Shown here in pieces: positions 63,131-64,000 of a stretch of DNA of 64,000 nt. The stretch lies in NCBI GenBank assembly GCA_964106915.2, contig OZ066919.1. The stretch is one strand, 5' to 3'. The position numbers were made by a program, and so were the translations under genes. Within the stretch, counting starts at the first letter, position 1. Each line of letters starts with the position of its first letter. This DNA is from Podarcis gaigeae. Lineage: Eukaryota. A model generated the notes under the pieces. It had not been told where the DNA came from and made no database searches. It saw only the letters and a list, made by a program, of their open reading frames with translations.

Positions 63131-64000
63131 AAAAGTTGCACAAAGCAGAGAATGTGGGGAAAGTGGGACAGATATGGAAATCCACCTTTGGAATAAATCT
63201 AGATCTGCTGCCCCCAGCCTAGCATCGTCCAGATTTTTTGAACTAACAATCAGCCCTTTGGCCACAGCCAGATTTTCCAGCAAACTGAAAATGCTGCTAG
63301 AGTAGGGGACCACTGTGATTTTAACAAGGAAAATAACAACCCAATTAAAGCCTCCCTCTCTCCCTTCCCAGAGGAAGTAACCTCTTATCTAGGCTGTTAC
63401 CACGTTTTTCTGAATGCTGTATCTCCCTGATGCCACAATAGGAAGTTTCCATTCCTTCAGGGATTGGTGTTGGGGTAGAGGAGCCAGAATATTTTTTGTT
63501 CAAAATCATGGACAACCAAGCTCAGATGCTTCTTTCTCCGTAAAGAAATAGGAAATGGATGTAGGAAATGGCTGACATTTATCCCTGGCAAGCAACATCT
63601 GCATAGGCCCCAAGCCAGATTTTATTTTATTTTTTAAATGGCGTGTGAATAGAACATGGAAGAAGTAGAAAATCGTCCATTGTCTGACTGGTTGTACTGC
63701 CAGCATCTCCTCCAGTTTCCTTGCAATTCTAGGGGCTGCTGTATTGAGCTAGCTAGTTGGGCACAATCTTTAAGAAAAAATGGCAAGTCCCATTTGGAAG
63801 CTTCCACTAATTTCCATGAGTTTTTGTGCACTGGGACTTTCCCGATGAAATGTGCTCTGAACTTCTAGGTAGCCAGTGCTGCATTTTTCAGTTAATAATA
63901 ATAAAAAAGACCATGACCTTTGAGTTCTCAGAGCCAACACACTAGAGTTAGAGAATCGTTAGTCTTTCTGCCACAGCGCAGAAATTAAGACAGGTGGGGA

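Larger units (their letters stand above)
1..64000 (+). other. ADGRL2: ADGRL2 (latrophilin-2) gene body, partial; window begins and ends in introns
   Basis: Spliced exons give lectin-OLF-HormR-GAIN/GPS-7TM order. Peptides such as [53 protein letters not shown] and [26 protein letters not shown] match latrophilin-2 as I recall it, not ADGRL1 or ADGRL3. Confidence 0.97.

Noticed and set aside
282-63868. Remaining short ORFs in the track as independent genes
   Set aside because: They are mostly 60-120 aa, often start at TTG or GTG, have low-complexity or intron-like composition, and are what chance predicts in 64 kb.

Overview
Vertebrate genomic DNA, most likely a squamate (the repeats look lacertid-like; this is an inference). 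The whole window lies inside the + strand gene for adhesion GPCR latrophilin-2 (ADGRL2/LPHN2). I reconstructed 20 coding exons with AG/GT boundaries and consistent phases. They run from the second half of the lectin domain through the olfactomedin, Ser/Thr/Pro linker, HormR, GAIN/GPS (HL|TNFAILM) and 7TM domains to the start of the cytoplasmic tail. The gene's 5' and 3' ends lie outside the window. Four short frame-preserving cassette exons are present: a 15/12-nt NAGNAG microexon (KVEQK/MEQK), a 39-nt GAIN exon, and 45-nt and 27-nt exons in intracellular loop 3. Each has recognisable splicing-regulator motifs. The introns hold hAT and Tc1/mariner MITEs, L2 and CR1 remnants, tRNA-derived SINEs, palindromic elements and microsatellites. 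The most unusual item is a 131-bp Penelope-like insertion with a perfect 16-bp flanking duplication and an intact minimal hammerhead ribozyme on the minus strand; a decayed relative lies near 63.1 kb. I found no evidence of a wholly new multi-gene system. Nearly all non-exonic ORFs in the track look spurious.
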